Below are positions 24,701 through 34,717 of a stretch of DNA of 64,000 bases, piece by piece (the stretch's first letter is position 1; every line of letters starts with the position of its first letter). Position numbers and translations under genes: made by a program. The DNA is taken from assembly GCF_964355755.1 (NCBI RefSeq), contig NC_092671.1, forward strand, positions 37,644,304 through 37,708,303. Direction: 5' to 3'. The notes beneath the pieces are model-generated. The model did not search any database and was not told the DNA's origin. It saw nothing but the letters and a program-made list of their open reading frames with translations. The stretch comes from Antedon mediterranea (taxonomy: Eukaryota; Animalia; Echinodermata).

Positions 24701-26338
24701 TATAGATGTACCAACTGTTTTACATATGGTCCGGTTTATAGAAAATAAAAGGTTAAAACATGCATACAGAATTCTTTAAAACATGTAAAAACAGTAAAAT
24801 AACAAATTAAGTCAAAAATATATGTACATTTATGATAAAAGGAGTGAAACTACAAAAAGAATAAAACAAATTTGTAAATGACCCAAGCACAGATAGTGAC
24901 TAAAACAGAGGAAATAAAATATTTTCTAAAATGATTCCCAAATTAATTAATTATCAATAAAACTGCAAAATGTTAAATGTAAATATATATATATTTGTTT
25001 ATTATTCAGACTCCACCCTGGCTCCCTTTGTTATATTTCTTTTATTCCTGTCCACCCAGGCAGCACTTGCCAGCTTTGTACTATGATGTTATCGAAATTC
25101 CTTCACTTGCACTGATGAAGGGCTAGTGTTGCCCGAAAGCTCTGCTAACTTTTCTGGCTGTTTACTTTATCGTTTTGATTGTCATTTTTTTCAGTAATTT
25201 GCCTTTGGATTTATATATATATATATACAAATAATTTTTTTATATATATCTTTGGAGCAATGCGTTTAGAAGATGTCACATGTTATACCCATTTTATTTT
25301 GTTTATAGAAAGCCAATGTTTCGGCAAAAGCTAGTGCATTTAAAGATGTCAACTTTTTAATAGCTCATGGTACAGGTGACGGTAAGTTACTCATTATTAT
25401 TTTACCATTGACAACATCCCCGTTATCTCATCGTTGTTATTTTATTTTATTAATCTTAATTATCTTCATTGTTATTTGTATTATATTAATCTGAATTGTT
25501 ATATTGTTTTTCAGACAAAATTCACTTCCAAAATTCAGCAGACCTTGTGAGGGCGCTTGTACAAGAGGAAATTATACATCAAACGCAGGTAAAAACATTA
25601 TAAGTTTAATTCAATTCAACTTTATTTATCCACGGAGATCAACACATGGTTGTTCTTCCCTGGGACATACTATGGATAGAATACTTTACTGATTGCAATT
25701 TGTATTCCTGATTATTAAGCAGTGTATTTTTGTGGGTGGGAGTAATTTTTTACTGTAAGAACCAGCCATATATGGTAGTAAAAAATACACCAATAGTAGC
25801 CAAAGGAAACATATGTTATTATTTTTGTCCGGACTTTTATTAAACTTTCACCTGGACCAAATTTTCTTATACGAATCCAACATTGAGAAACTCGCCAATT
25901 GCAGGATGGATAAACTATTTTATTTTATAATTTATCGTGGTTATAAGCTAAATATCATTTGAGGCTCAAGGAGTGGAGTTGAAAGAGTTTTGAGTTACAA
26001 CCCTGGCACTAGGTCAAGATTGAACTCTGGACCTTGGGATTGGCAAGCATGTTAACCACTAAGCTATTGCTCCACTAACTATAGTAATGTATTTACCATG
26101 GCATAATCTGATATATAAATGTAATGAATGCTTATATACAGTAGTAAAAGATTATTAAAACATTTGTTTGAGATGTCGTTTTGTTGAGTGGGGACGTGTT
26201 TATAATTTTATTTATTTTCAGTTTTATCCTGATCAAGCGCATTCATTGGACGATCCACATGTCCAGTATCATCTTTATGGTCTTCTGTCAAACTTCCTCA
26301 AACAGTGTCTCCATATAAAAGAAGATAGAGAGATGTGA
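3586..26338 (+). CDS. Dipeptidyl peptidase IV family (S9B) type II membrane protein, DPP6/DPP10-like; 17 exons, 803 aa plus an unidentified first exon
   Basis: GT-AG exons with compatible phases: 3586-3700, 14123-14233, 14953-15050, 16746-16924, 17259-17346, 18186-18312, 18744-18987, 19949-20126, 20465-20569, 21039-21163, 22052-22612, 23430-23487, 23573-23672, 24360-24418, 25309-25381, 25515-25588, 26222-26338 (2412 nt, ends TGA). Motifs: QRNWKG+TM, FRHSF, DWLYEEEI, YPKPG, DGRGSG, GWSYGG, HGTGDD, YPDQAH. Confidence 0.93.
5394..5545. mobile_element. MITE family A copy
   Basis: Degenerate TIRs, TTA on both flanks. Confidence 0.75.
6425..6626. mobile_element. hAT-like MITE remnant
   Basis: CAGGGGCGGATCCA left end and TGGATCCACTCCCCTG right end; similar termini at 27135-27260. 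Confidence 0.5.
6527..7633 (+). repeat. 553-bp tandem duplication containing a 31/39-bp minisatellite
   Basis: Unit GGCACATGGATCCA(C/T)TCCCCCTGACAACTCA(GTGCCTA); block 6527-7079 repeated at 7080-7633 (ORF track offset 6864 vs 7417 = 553). Confidence 0.95.
7917..8325 (+). mobile_element. tRNA-derived SINE with duplicated head
   Basis: A-box-like TAGCTTGGTGG and degenerate B-box at ~7917 and again at ~8057. Confidence 0.55.
9655..10102 (+). repeat. ~130-bp tandem repeat, about 3.5 copies
   Basis: TTCAATAGTGCGTACTATTGCA..CCATGTGACCCACTA repeated; solo copy at ~48337-48390. Confidence 0.85.
10739..10863. mobile_element. MITE family A copy
   Basis: Family A TIRs and core. Confidence 0.75.
10979..11290. 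mobile_element. TTAA-target (Kolobok-like) non-autonomous element, partial
   Basis: AGATGTATTGT end; homologous to 28545-28866, 49093-49533, 58805-59140. Confidence 0.55.
12646..12796. mobile_element. MITE family A copy
   Basis: TIRs with TTA/TTA TSD. Confidence 0.8.
14123..14233 (+). CDS. DPP exon (stalk / start of beta-propeller)
   Basis: cacag|..GLEETFYESYTFNEIFKNDSFKIRKLELSWIQAKGY|gtaag, phase 1-1. Confidence 0.85.
14390..14765 (+). mobile_element. L2/CR1-group LINE 3' fragment
   Basis: Translates ..FKLSFSFNAPSFFNSLPLSIRNSYNFFSFK.. (resembles L2/CR1 ORF2 C-terminus); 3' tail GAGGGTCCCTAATGAT..GGATGGACC..(AATAAA)n shared with 58175-58252. Confidence 0.55.
14953..15050 (+). CDS. DPP exon
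   Basis: tacag|..DSFLYQDDNGNIMLANG..KTL|gtatg, phase 1-0. Confidence 0.85.
15369..15541 (-). mobile_element. tRNA-derived SINE (5' part)
   Basis: Minus strand begins GCGGTGAGTGGCCAAGCGGTTAAG (A box) with B-box-like GGTTTGAGCC. Confidence 0.55.
15911..16073. mobile_element. MITE family A copy
   Basis: Family A TIRs and core. Confidence 0.8.
16433..16695. mobile_element. MITE family A copy with extra flank and second right TIR
   Basis: TIR ends 16590, then ~85 bp shared with 12797-12878, then GATAGTGTAGACAGGGCT ending 16695. Confidence 0.75.
16746..16924 (+). CDS. DPP exon (RHS motif)
   Basis: ..LLLACDVQKVFRHSFKAKYKVY..; phase 0-2. Confidence 0.9.
17259..17346 (+). CDS. DPP exon
   Basis: ..DYLQLVEWSPSGNSL|gtaag. 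Confidence 0.9.
17459..17606 (+). mobile_element. tRNA-derived SINE (internally deleted copy)
   Basis: A box TAGCTTGGTGG, B box GGTTCAATCC; same family as 25875-26076 and 41165-41406. Confidence 0.75.
18186..18312 (+). CDS. DPP exon
   Basis: VIVYNNNIYY..IFNGVPDWLYE|. Confidence 0.92.
18744..18987 (+). CDS. DPP exon
   Basis: EEILDGNSAIYWS..FDDTNV..YPKPGGVNPTVTL. Confidence 0.92.
19638..19802. mobile_element. Tourist-like MITE family D
   Basis: TAA|AGGTCAATTTAAACAG...CTGTGTAAATTGGCCT|TAA; partial relative at ~31142-31295. Confidence 0.65.
19949..20126 (+). CDS. DPP exon
   Basis: EYYIQSVTW..VTWMNRPQN..SESGWVAM. Confidence 0.92.
20465..20569 (+). CDS. DPP exon
   Basis: PAAPIFTSD..RRFNHIAYFE|gtaac. 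Confidence 0.88.
20588..20748. mobile_element. MITE family A copy
   Basis: Perfect terminal TIRs. Confidence 0.8.
21039..21163 (+). CDS. DPP exon
   Basis: KRLTEGEYEVSKI..VYFSANKEG..NIY. Confidence 0.9.
21222..21442. mobile_element. Degenerate TIR element with repeated GAATAAACGCC motifs
   Basis: TTTATTTGAATAAA..TTTATTCAAATAAA inverted ends; internal AATAAACGCC repeats and a poly-C run. Confidence 0.5.
22052..22612 (+). CDS. DPP large exon (end of propeller to alpha/beta hydrolase)
   Basis: CLSC..CLGPSVP..HPLLINVNGEPGSEKV..IDGRGSGGQG..GTVEVQDQI. Confidence 0.95.
22732..22874. mobile_element. MITE family A copy
   Basis: Family A TIRs and core. Confidence 0.8.
23131..23268. mobile_element. 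MITE family A copy
   Basis: TIRs, TTA on both flanks. Confidence 0.75.
23430..23487 (+). CDS. DPP exon ending ...RVAIWGW
   Basis: YLDATRVAIWGW|gtaag. Confidence 0.93.
23573..23672 (+). CDS. DPP exon starting with the catalytic Ser
   Basis: ttcag|SYGGFVAA..FNCSIAVAPVTDWRYY. Confidence 0.93.
23900..24281. mobile_element. Unclassified MITE with ~70-bp imperfect TIRs
   Basis: GAGTATCACGGTG.TGACGTCAC..TGGTTGCTAG versus CTAGCAACCA..GTGATGTCACACCGTGATACTC. Confidence 0.7.
24360..24418 (+). CDS. DPP exon
   Basis: DSTYSERYMGDP. Confidence 0.93.
25107..25148 (+). ncRNA. Minimal type I hammerhead ribozyme motif (Penelope-like element type)
   Basis: GCA-CTGATGA-A-GGGC-TAGTGTT-GCCC-GAAA-GC-TC-TGC: core boxes, 4-bp stem II, palindromic AGCT in place of stem III, short stem I. 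Confidence 0.6.
25309..25381 (+). CDS. DPP exon with the catalytic Asp
   Basis: FKDVNFLIAHGTGD. Confidence 0.93.
25515..25588 (+). CDS. DPP exon
   Basis: DKIHFQNSADLVRALVQ. Confidence 0.93.
25875..26076 (-). mobile_element. tRNA-derived SINE
   Basis: Homologous to 41165-41406 and 17459-17606. Confidence 0.75.
26222..26338 (+). CDS. DPP last coding exon with the catalytic His
   Basis: FYPDQAHSL..HLYGLLSNFLKQCL..EM*. Confidence 0.93.
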   Translation, partial: FYPDQAHSLDDPHVQYHLYGLLSNFLKQCLHIKEDREM

Positions 26339-27134
26339 AGAGAAGATGTTGTTGTATCCAGGTAGAAGTTTTTCTGATGGTCACTGTGTGAATGGTCATT
26401 CAAGTCTCCAGCCTAGCAGTATAAGCTTTTCTGATGGTCATTTCCTGTGACTGGTCAGTAAAGTCTGTAAAGAAATAGCAGCAACGAAGCCTAGAAAATA
26501 ATAGAGCATATTGCAGTCAACCCTCAGAAAACCAGTACTCTTGTGCAGGTCCACAATGTCTGGTTTTCAGAATGCATTTGAAAGAATAGTAGAAGAATTA
26601 GCAACCGTATGGAAACAAGTTTATGTTTTTCTGAACTTTGAGATATTTTGACGATATGTGAAAGTTGGATGAATATGGTTTGTGTGCGGACATTAGCTTA
26701 GATCTTGAAGCACTGCAGTTAACGACAGATATACAGAATATAGTGAAATAAATAAACCCAGCTAAGTATTACCTGAAGAAAATATGGAATGAAGATTGAA
26801 TAATAGCGAATATTATTCAAATTGCTTTTATTATTTTTAAATGATTAATTATTCAATTTATTAAGTGCTTTTGCTCCACTGTCTTCAAAGATAATTATAG
26901 AAAAATGATAAAATATTTAGCATTTTCTTTTCCGAAAAAGAATTCTGTGCAATGTTATATTTAGTAATTTTTCAAATGTGTGTCTGTACACCTTGTGCAA
27001 TGTGTAACAGATATTGAAATATTGATTGTATAGTTTTTATATTATATTATTCCTTATATTTATTTCTGTATAGTTTTTACTTGATATTATTGCTTATATG
27101 CAAATATAGATATTATATATATATATATTAATTC

Positions 27135-27260
27135 CAGTGGAGGATCCAGGATTTTGAAATAAGGGTGGGGGGGAAGGGTGCTGAACTTAATTTGTTGTCC
27201 TATCTTTTCCATTTCAATTTGTGAAATTTAGAGCCCGCCCCCTCCTTGAATCCGCCCCTG
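27135..27260. mobile_element. hAT-like MITE
   Basis: CAGTGGAGGATCCAGG...CCTTGAATCCGCCCCTG termini. Confidence 0.65.
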
Positions 27261-27861
27261 ATTTCTGTTAACCTCGTATCTCTTCTGATGAAATGGGTTG
27301 ATATGCATTTTTACTACCTTGATAAATACTGTGCTGTTCTGTGTGTCGTTTATATATGAAAAATATTGAAAGGTTTTTTTAATTTTTCATTAGTATTTTA
27401 GATTACTTTTCTTTAATTGTCTTTCGTTACGTACTTGTTCATTGACCTTTGACACTGATTGAGATCCTGGCAGTATTATGTTATGTGCTACAAATTAACT
27501 AAACCCGCCAATTTATTTTGATTTTTCTCATAATATTTAATTTATATCATATTTTGTTTTATTTCAATGAATTTAAATTCAAAACCTGCCAATAAATTTA
27601 TTATTTTCCTCATATTTAATTTATATATTATTATGTTTTATTTCAATGAATTTAACTAATATACAACTTTCGTTCTCATCGTTTGTACATAAATGTGCAA
27701 TTTAAAACTTTTTGTATTGATTTTGGTTTTGTTGTTTTAAAAACTATTTTAAGAATATATAAATTACTTTTTATATATAACTTGCTCATTTTTATTAGCT
27801 TTTATTGTTGTTTGATTTCATATATTTAAAAACTTGATTTTCTTAGATAGTATCATCTACA

Positions 27862-27978
27862 GCTCTGTCTACACTACCAAACTTTATGTGACAACAAAAA
27901 TGTGATGTGCCCATATATGGACATGATGATGTCACATCACTACCATATTTGGGTATGTTTGATATTTTAGACAGAGCT
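27862..27978. mobile_element. MITE family A copy
   Basis: Family A TIRs and core. Confidence 0.75.
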
Positions 27979-28005
27979 TTAGATAGTAGGCTTTACCTAT
28001 TGTAA

Positions 28006-28211
28006 AGCCTGTTTTCCTTACGACGCTATCGTCGTTCATCGTTAACAGTTCAACGACGATCGTTTAACAGTTCAACGACGATCGTTTGAAAACGATCAAG
28101 TTGAAATGATGACAATAGCGAGTACCTTTTCCTGTAAATCGTTAACATTTCAATGTTTACGTAGAAGATCGCCGATTATTGTTAACGATAGCGTCGACAG
28201 GAAAACAGGCT
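28006..28211. mobile_element. Tourist-like MITE family C
   Basis: AGCCTGTTTTCCT..CGACGCTATCG...CGATAGCGTCGACAGGAAAACAGGCT; TAA/TTA flanks. Confidence 0.7.
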
Positions 28212-28544
28212 TTAGTCTACTAAGTTTTCCTGTATCTTTATTTTCATTAGCTATATTTAGAAAGAGTTATTGAGTGAGATTCATTTAACCTTCAAAGTAA
28301 CCATTAATAATATGTAAATATGTATAGTTTATGTTATCTATATTATATAGTTTTTAGCAATATTATTCTTTTGAGAAATGTAGTTAGCCAATTTCAGGAC
28401 AATGGTGCAATTGTTAAAATGTGGTTGATTTTTATTTTAAAGTGTTGAAGAGTTTGATATTTTATATATAAATATTGTAAAAAGAAAATAAAACTGTTTG
28501 TGTCTGATTCCTATATATTTATTTGTTCTCCAACTACAAGTGTT

Positions 28545-28866
28545 TTTATTGTAATGTTTCTCAAAAACATGAAAAATGAAGATTAAATCAGACTTTGAAT
28601 AGGTTTATTTTGTAGTTTTTTCACAAAGTTAATCACTTCCATAGAAAGAAAAATGTTTTCACTTATAAAATAAATGGTTAGATTCAACAAAAAAACACAT
28701 TGGCTGGCAGCCAATTTGACTGTTTGGCTTGAAATTACAGTTTTTTCAGGTTAACATTTTTTTTACATATAATTTTTGGTCAAAGTGGATAACTATGTTA
28801 CATTAAAATGGCATATTCAACAACAAAAATTGTTAATAATTATTTTTTTGAGGACAATACATCTTG
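28545..28866. mobile_element. TTAA-target (Kolobok-like) element copy, degenerate
   Basis: Ends GGACAATACATCT; homologous to 10979 and 49093 copies. Confidence 0.6.
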
Positions 28867-29666
28867 TAATCTTATAATAATGATGATGATAATTACAAAG
28901 TAACAGATTGATGACATCATTTACGTACATTTTTATGATTGTGGATTGCTTTTCACTTCAAAGAAGGAAATTACCAAAAAAAACCAAATCCGAATTATTT
29001 TTTTTTTCTTTTAAGCTTCTTTGTTGCAGGTGTTCTCATGTTATTTTATAGATGTTTTCTAATATCCAAATTTAAAACCATCATTCACAATTCTTTCTCT
29101 ACGCTAACGTAACAGCAACAAAAATGGGTGATTCTCGTCTAACTTATGATGGATGTACGCAGAGGGTATGACAGGTAATGTGTTTAAGCTATTCAATACA
29201 AATGATCGTTAATATATACGTTTAGTGGATTAAAACCAACCCAACAATGAAACGGATCACCTGCCTGTAAATCCCCCACGCAGTACACCAGAAATATGCT
29301 TATAAATCCGCGCGTTTTATTATTTTATTCATCTATACACAAGTATCAGCGGACACGTAACATCATTGAGTATATTAGTCTTTTTAATGTGGTCCACACA
29401 AACAGTTTATTTATTTGGAGATTTACATAAAAATGGTCTTCAACTTTTGCCTTGTTTTTATTCAAACTGTTATTGTTTTTATTGTTAAGTTCTACAGCAA
29501 GTTATCTGAGAAAGTCGCGTGGTCTAGGCTCCTCGGATAAATTACATTTTATTTTTGTCTACAGATGGATCGAAGAGTGACAAAAATAAAGATATACTTA
29601 AACAGATAACTGGGTGAATTTTAATTGCTTAAATTTGGAGAAGAACTTTTTATAACGAGATTAAAA

Positions 29667-29705
29667 ATGAACAGGTACAAAATGTGTAGAGACGACGAGA
29701 TTAAG
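29667..29705 (+). CDS. Candidate alternative first coding exon (MNRYKMCRDDEIK)
   Basis: AAAATG start, AAG|GTAAGA donor, phase 0; acceptor at 29564. Confidence 0.3.
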
Positions 29706-29806
29706 GTAAGATTAAGAACAAATTATGTTTGTTTTAATATTGGTAATTATTGAGATAGGTTGTAAACTTAGTAATCGTTATCATTTTCAATTCGGGTCAA
29801 CCTTAA

Positions 29807-30104
29807 AGATGTATTGTTCCTTGAAACACAAAAAAAGTTATTCACTTTAAGTCGAAAATTTTGTGCATACAGAGTAGCCAAACAAGCGCGTTTCATTATG
29901 GGATATGTTTTGATCGAAAACTTTGACTGGAAGTCAAAGTTATTTTTTAAAACAAAAAAACGTCTTTATTTCAGTTAAATGATTTTTTTTTTCGAAAAAT
30001 CTTGGGTGATAGTTAATAACTATTATGATACTTCAAAATGACCCACCTTTTTTCGAAATCTTATTTTTAATTTTTTTGGAATTAGTCAAAGGGACAATAC
30101 ATCT
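29807..30104. mobile_element. TTAA-target (Kolobok-like) MITE
   Basis: TTAA|AGATGTATTGTTCC...GGGACAATACATCT|TTAA. Confidence 0.75.
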
Positions 30105-30480
30105 TTAATTAAGTTTACCATCGTTTTTAAAAATAATCTGTCGCCATCTATAATCTAGTAGGCCCATTTAATTTTCTATATTTAAATGAATCGTTTCCGC
30201 GTAACCTGTATGATTAATCGATATTGAAAATAGATTGTTTCTAATTGGAAATTGTTTTTTAATAAACAACTTTAAATGTATTAATAATGAATTGTGTATA
30301 CAGTGCGGTCTTGTTATGTATTGGCTAACTTCTTATGTTTGTTGTAATTGTTACGTTTTCTGCATATAGGTTTTTGTATATAAATCCAAAGGCAAATTAC
30401 ATATGTTTTGCCCTACTCTGACGTAATTTGTACTTTATACTAAGTACATTTTGGGAACACTTGCGAAAAAATCTAATTAC

Positions 30481-30552
30481 GAGTCGGGTGGGACTCGAAC
30501 CCACGACCTCCAGATCACTAGCCTGGCGTTCATACCTCTAGACTACCGAGCT
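30481..30552 (-). pseudogene. tRNA-Thr(AGT)-like sequence / SINE head
   Basis: Minus strand: anticodon arm CCAGG-CTAGTGA-TCTGG, T arm GTGGG-TTCGAGT-CCCAC; acceptor stem only partly paired. Confidence 0.55.
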
Positions 30553-31845
30553 TGCGCTGATGGCTAGTGGTTAGATTCGAGCCCAAGTAAGCAGCGGGTA
30601 CTGCACCAACAGGGTTGTAATTGTAGTTTTTTCGTCAGGGAGTTGAGTAATTAGATGTTTTTCTAATTGATTCATACTTGGGCTTTTTTTCCTCTTTTAT
30701 TTGTTATATAATTTAATCGCCATTTTATACAGTTTGATTGATTTAAATTGTTTTTTCTCAAAAAGAAAATCGTATTAGAATTTATAATGTATTAATTTTA
30801 AAATGAGAGAAATCAATGTTTATTTGAATTGAATTGAATGTCTATATGCATAGACTTATTAAAAGTCTGTGTGCCGACTGACTGTCTGTGTTGTGTTTTT
30901 ATTATGTGCAACACATTTGACTAAATCAAACATCGAAATGCCATCAGTGGCGTAAAAAACGGAAGCGTCAATGTAAATAGTGTGTTAATGTAATTAGTCG
31001 TTTGTACACGTTAATGTACTTTGATGTCATTAAATTATTCTAAGAACTCACAAAACACAACTGTTTACTGCATACATAGTGAGCTATGGTGTTATATATT
31101 AGTAACAGTTTTATCAGTGTTGATAAACTTGTTTCGACTATAGGCCAATTTGCACAGACGAGCGGTAAGAACGGTAAGCGGAAAAACCGCGTAGCTTGTC
31201 CCACGTAGAACTGTATATCCTGAGCGGAAACCGTCCGTCCGTGTTGTTTGTAATAAGGAATAACAGATTCTATATTTTTATTACCGTTACCGGATCTTTA
31301 ATAATGTATAAAAAGAGGCTGGTAATATTTAATATCATTTTTTGAAATTGGTCAATATGGAACCATGGGCCAAAGGATTATGCCAGTGGATTTACTCATT
31401 CATTCATTCATCCGTGGACAATTATCGATTTATTGTCATTTGCATATAACATACATAGAAATTATGTTGTGTTAATCTGCATTATATTTATCAGGAAATG
31501 CTAAATTAATATTATAATATATTTGAAATCATAGCAAAGATATACCTGCATTATTACTTCAAATTTCACCAAATCTAAAATAACAAGATAAATTATAATA
31601 AGAATAGTAGGTCTGTGATATTTTGACAAGGTATTCAAAATGGCGTGTATTGTTATTAGATCAATGTATGGTAATTTATTGTGTGATTCTGATTAGTGTT
31701 GACATACCGGTAGGCCTAGGGTGTTCATAGTAAACAAGCACCATTCTACTCCCTGTTTAAAAGTTTGTGGTCATTTCGGCCCAATATAGAAATTGTACTA
31801 AATAGCATTGGTGCCATGAGGCTGGTTATAAAGCCTCCCAATCTT

Positions 31846-32032
31846 AAGCTCTGTAGGCCTATACACTATCAAACTTTATGTGACAACAAAATGTGATGTG
31901 GCCATATATGGACAAGATGATGTCATATCACTACCATAGTTGAGCATATCACTACCATATTTGGGTATATTACTACCATCATTTGGGCACATCACACTTT
32001 TTTTTGTAAAACTAGTTTGATAGGACAGAACT
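31846..32032. mobile_element. MITE family A copy
   Basis: Family A core with three subrepeats. Confidence 0.7.
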
Positions 32033-33250
32033 TTAGTATGGTTCCCCATAAAGCATTTCGCTTTTATGAATCCCGAATACGTCATCACTGGGAATAAATA
32101 AATGTTAAAGTTCAGTTCTCTTATGGTACACAAGATTTGTTCACTTTATTGCTGTTTGTTATGAAGAGTTTAAAACGATGTCTTTATCGATCTCTGATTG
32201 CAAAGGAGTGTTGAGTGTGCAGAGCTATTAAAGTAATGTTACATTAATGATGTCAGAAAATGTAACCTATAAATGTTATATATAAAACACATTATTATTA
32301 TTATACTTGGGTACATAAGTTTATGTGTTGTAAAGATGTTTTGGCCGGCACTTTATGATCGACCTACTGTATAGCCGAAATAAAATACAGTACTATACCA
32401 ACATGGTATTAGGCCTGCGTCTCTCCTAAAAGATATCGTCCCCAAGTTATTCATAAAGTTGTTTGTACCTTTGGCTATGTTCCGATTATCCGAATATGAA
32501 TAAATTCATTTTCTATATAGGTCTATGTTTGGAGTTAAGCTCATAAAGATGATATAGGCCTAGTTTTGTTCAAAGATATGACGCTTTATTATGTTAATTT
32601 TGTACCTGATTATATCAATACTTTGGACGAGAGTTAGATGTCGTTTGGATTGAAGAAGATAAGATCAATAATTATGAATAATCATTAGGCCTAAACTAAA
32701 CTGAAACTTGTTATTTATAACTTTTATCTTCAATATTAATGCGGGCTTTTTCTAACTGGAATGTTACTGGTTGGACATCAAGCTGGCAATAGGAAAGGTC
32801 TATACTTTTTTGTTAATAATTGAAGTTTGTTCATTTCCTGACGGATGTGACTTTGCATGGAAGCGCGTGATAGATATTTTTAGTGGAGTTGAGTATGGCG
32901 CGCCAGTGGAGTGATTCAAGCATGAAGTAAATCTTGATCGAATAATATTATATGACCTTCTACACACTGAAGCACAGGCGTTATTGTATTGGCTGACATT
33001 CTGATGTAGCGTGAATATCTATTGTTGAGAGCAGTGGGAAATACAAGTGTATAACACATACGCTACTTTAACTGAAAACTACTTAATAAAACAACAACGT
33101 TAACTCTTTGGAATTACAAACCAAGAATCTCTCGTCAGGAAATTTTACTTTTGGATATTATTAGCTTGTTGTACACCTTGCTATTTCATCTACCACGATA
33201 TATATTAATTTGTGTATGTACTTTTGATTGGATTAATCGAAAAAGTAAAA

Positions 33251-33412
33251 ATGCATCAAGGGGTATCGTCTGGCGGCGCCGGAGGAGACCAGTATGCCAA
33301 ACCGGACAAGAAAAAAAAGACGGATAAAAAAAACAATGTCGCTGCTGCTGCTGCTCCTGTAAATCCAGTTTATGAACCGCTTGAGGGGGTGATTCAAATA
33401 GAACTAAATGAG
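33251..33412 (+). CDS. Probable first coding exon of a downstream gene (54 aa, cytoplasmic-tail-like)
   Basis: AAAATG start, GC-richer than flanks, MHQGVSSGGAGGDQYAKPDKKKK..NPVYEPLE..ELNE, GAG|GTAACA donor phase 0; CpG-rich flanks. Confidence 0.6.
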
Positions 33413-34521
33413 GTAACATTATTTTTTTATTTACTTAAAACGCCCAATACGATTAGTAAACAATTGACGCGCGCGTTCAAACATTGATGATAATGCACGC
33501 GCGCGTCAACTTTGTGTGCTTCTTCGTTGTTTCACCTGCAATGTAACGCATCACTGGGTCTATTTCAGCATTTGTTTTTGTTTAGATACCGTGTATGCAT
33601 TATTTGTAATGACAATGATTAAGATAATCGAACTGTTACGCACTGTTTCTCTCATTATTGACAATTAATCGATATCCGAGTCATTTATCATCGTCTGAAG
33701 CAACGACCTTACTTCTGTTATGACCCTATTCCTAACAATACATTATATACATGACGAGTTTCTCTATAATGAAATGGCTTCTTTCCAAACAAGAGGTGAA
33801 GAAGTGATAACCAAGTATGACTACAGGTTGACTAAAGAAGAGCAAGTATGTAATTTGGTCGCCATGTGTGATGGTCGGCCGTGTCTAACAGTTTGCTGTG
33901 TACTAATGTATTTCTTAACTATATATCTCAGGCAGGCCTGTAACACGTTCGAGTTTGACTCGACACAGTATCACTTCAATCATCAAATTTTACATAACAA
34001 CCCGAACTCTGTCAACACTGTCATTTCGTGTATTTTAATTAAGGCAACATCACAAGGCAAACAATAATATACCTTTGTCATTAAAATAATGCAACTTTGG
34101 TTTAAAATTAAAAGCCTTGTTTATGGCACATTTCTAACCATTTGAGCATTATAGTAGATGTTTGTTTCGTTCCAAGGTAATATTATAACGAATTAATGAA
34201 GAAAGTCATCAACACATCAACATTTAATATGATTTTTTTTTTGTCCCTAGGACTTGGTGATATCTTTAACCTGTTACCTAAATGGTCTTATGCTGTGTTA
34301 AGTTATTCTATTCACATTTTGTATCGATTGTTAAACGTTTGAAACTAGCATATTGACAAGTTTGTATAAATAGCATAAATCTGCAACATACATGTGAATA
34401 AATAGAGATCGAAGATTGTTGAATATTGTCAGAGGGCATAATTTATCACAGAATGATTGACACGTGTGTCAAATGAGGTACATGTAAAGGAGTTTATACG
34501 TCGCATGCATTATACGTCTAA

Positions 34522-34657
34522 AGCTCTGTCTACACTATCAAACTAGTTTTTTTAAAAGTGTGATGTGCCCAAATAAGGTAGTGATATGACATCATCATGT
34601 CCATGGGCACATCACATTTTTTGTAACTTAAAGTTTGATATAAGTGTAGACAGATCT
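34522..34657. mobile_element. MITE family A copy
   Basis: Family A TIRs and core. Confidence 0.75.
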
Positions 34658-34717
34658 TTGACCATAGGCAACAAAGAAACACAAAATGTCAGTGATGCGA
34701 ACCTACAACTGTGTTAA

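Noticed and set aside
24594-24779. 61-aa intronic ORF
   Set aside because: GTG start, no recognisable motif, not needed for the DPP reading frame
30481-30552. Functional tRNA-Thr gene
   Set aside because: Acceptor stem has mismatches; context is SINE-like
33720-34067. 115-aa ORF
   Set aside because: No motif, no convincing splice signals or coding bias
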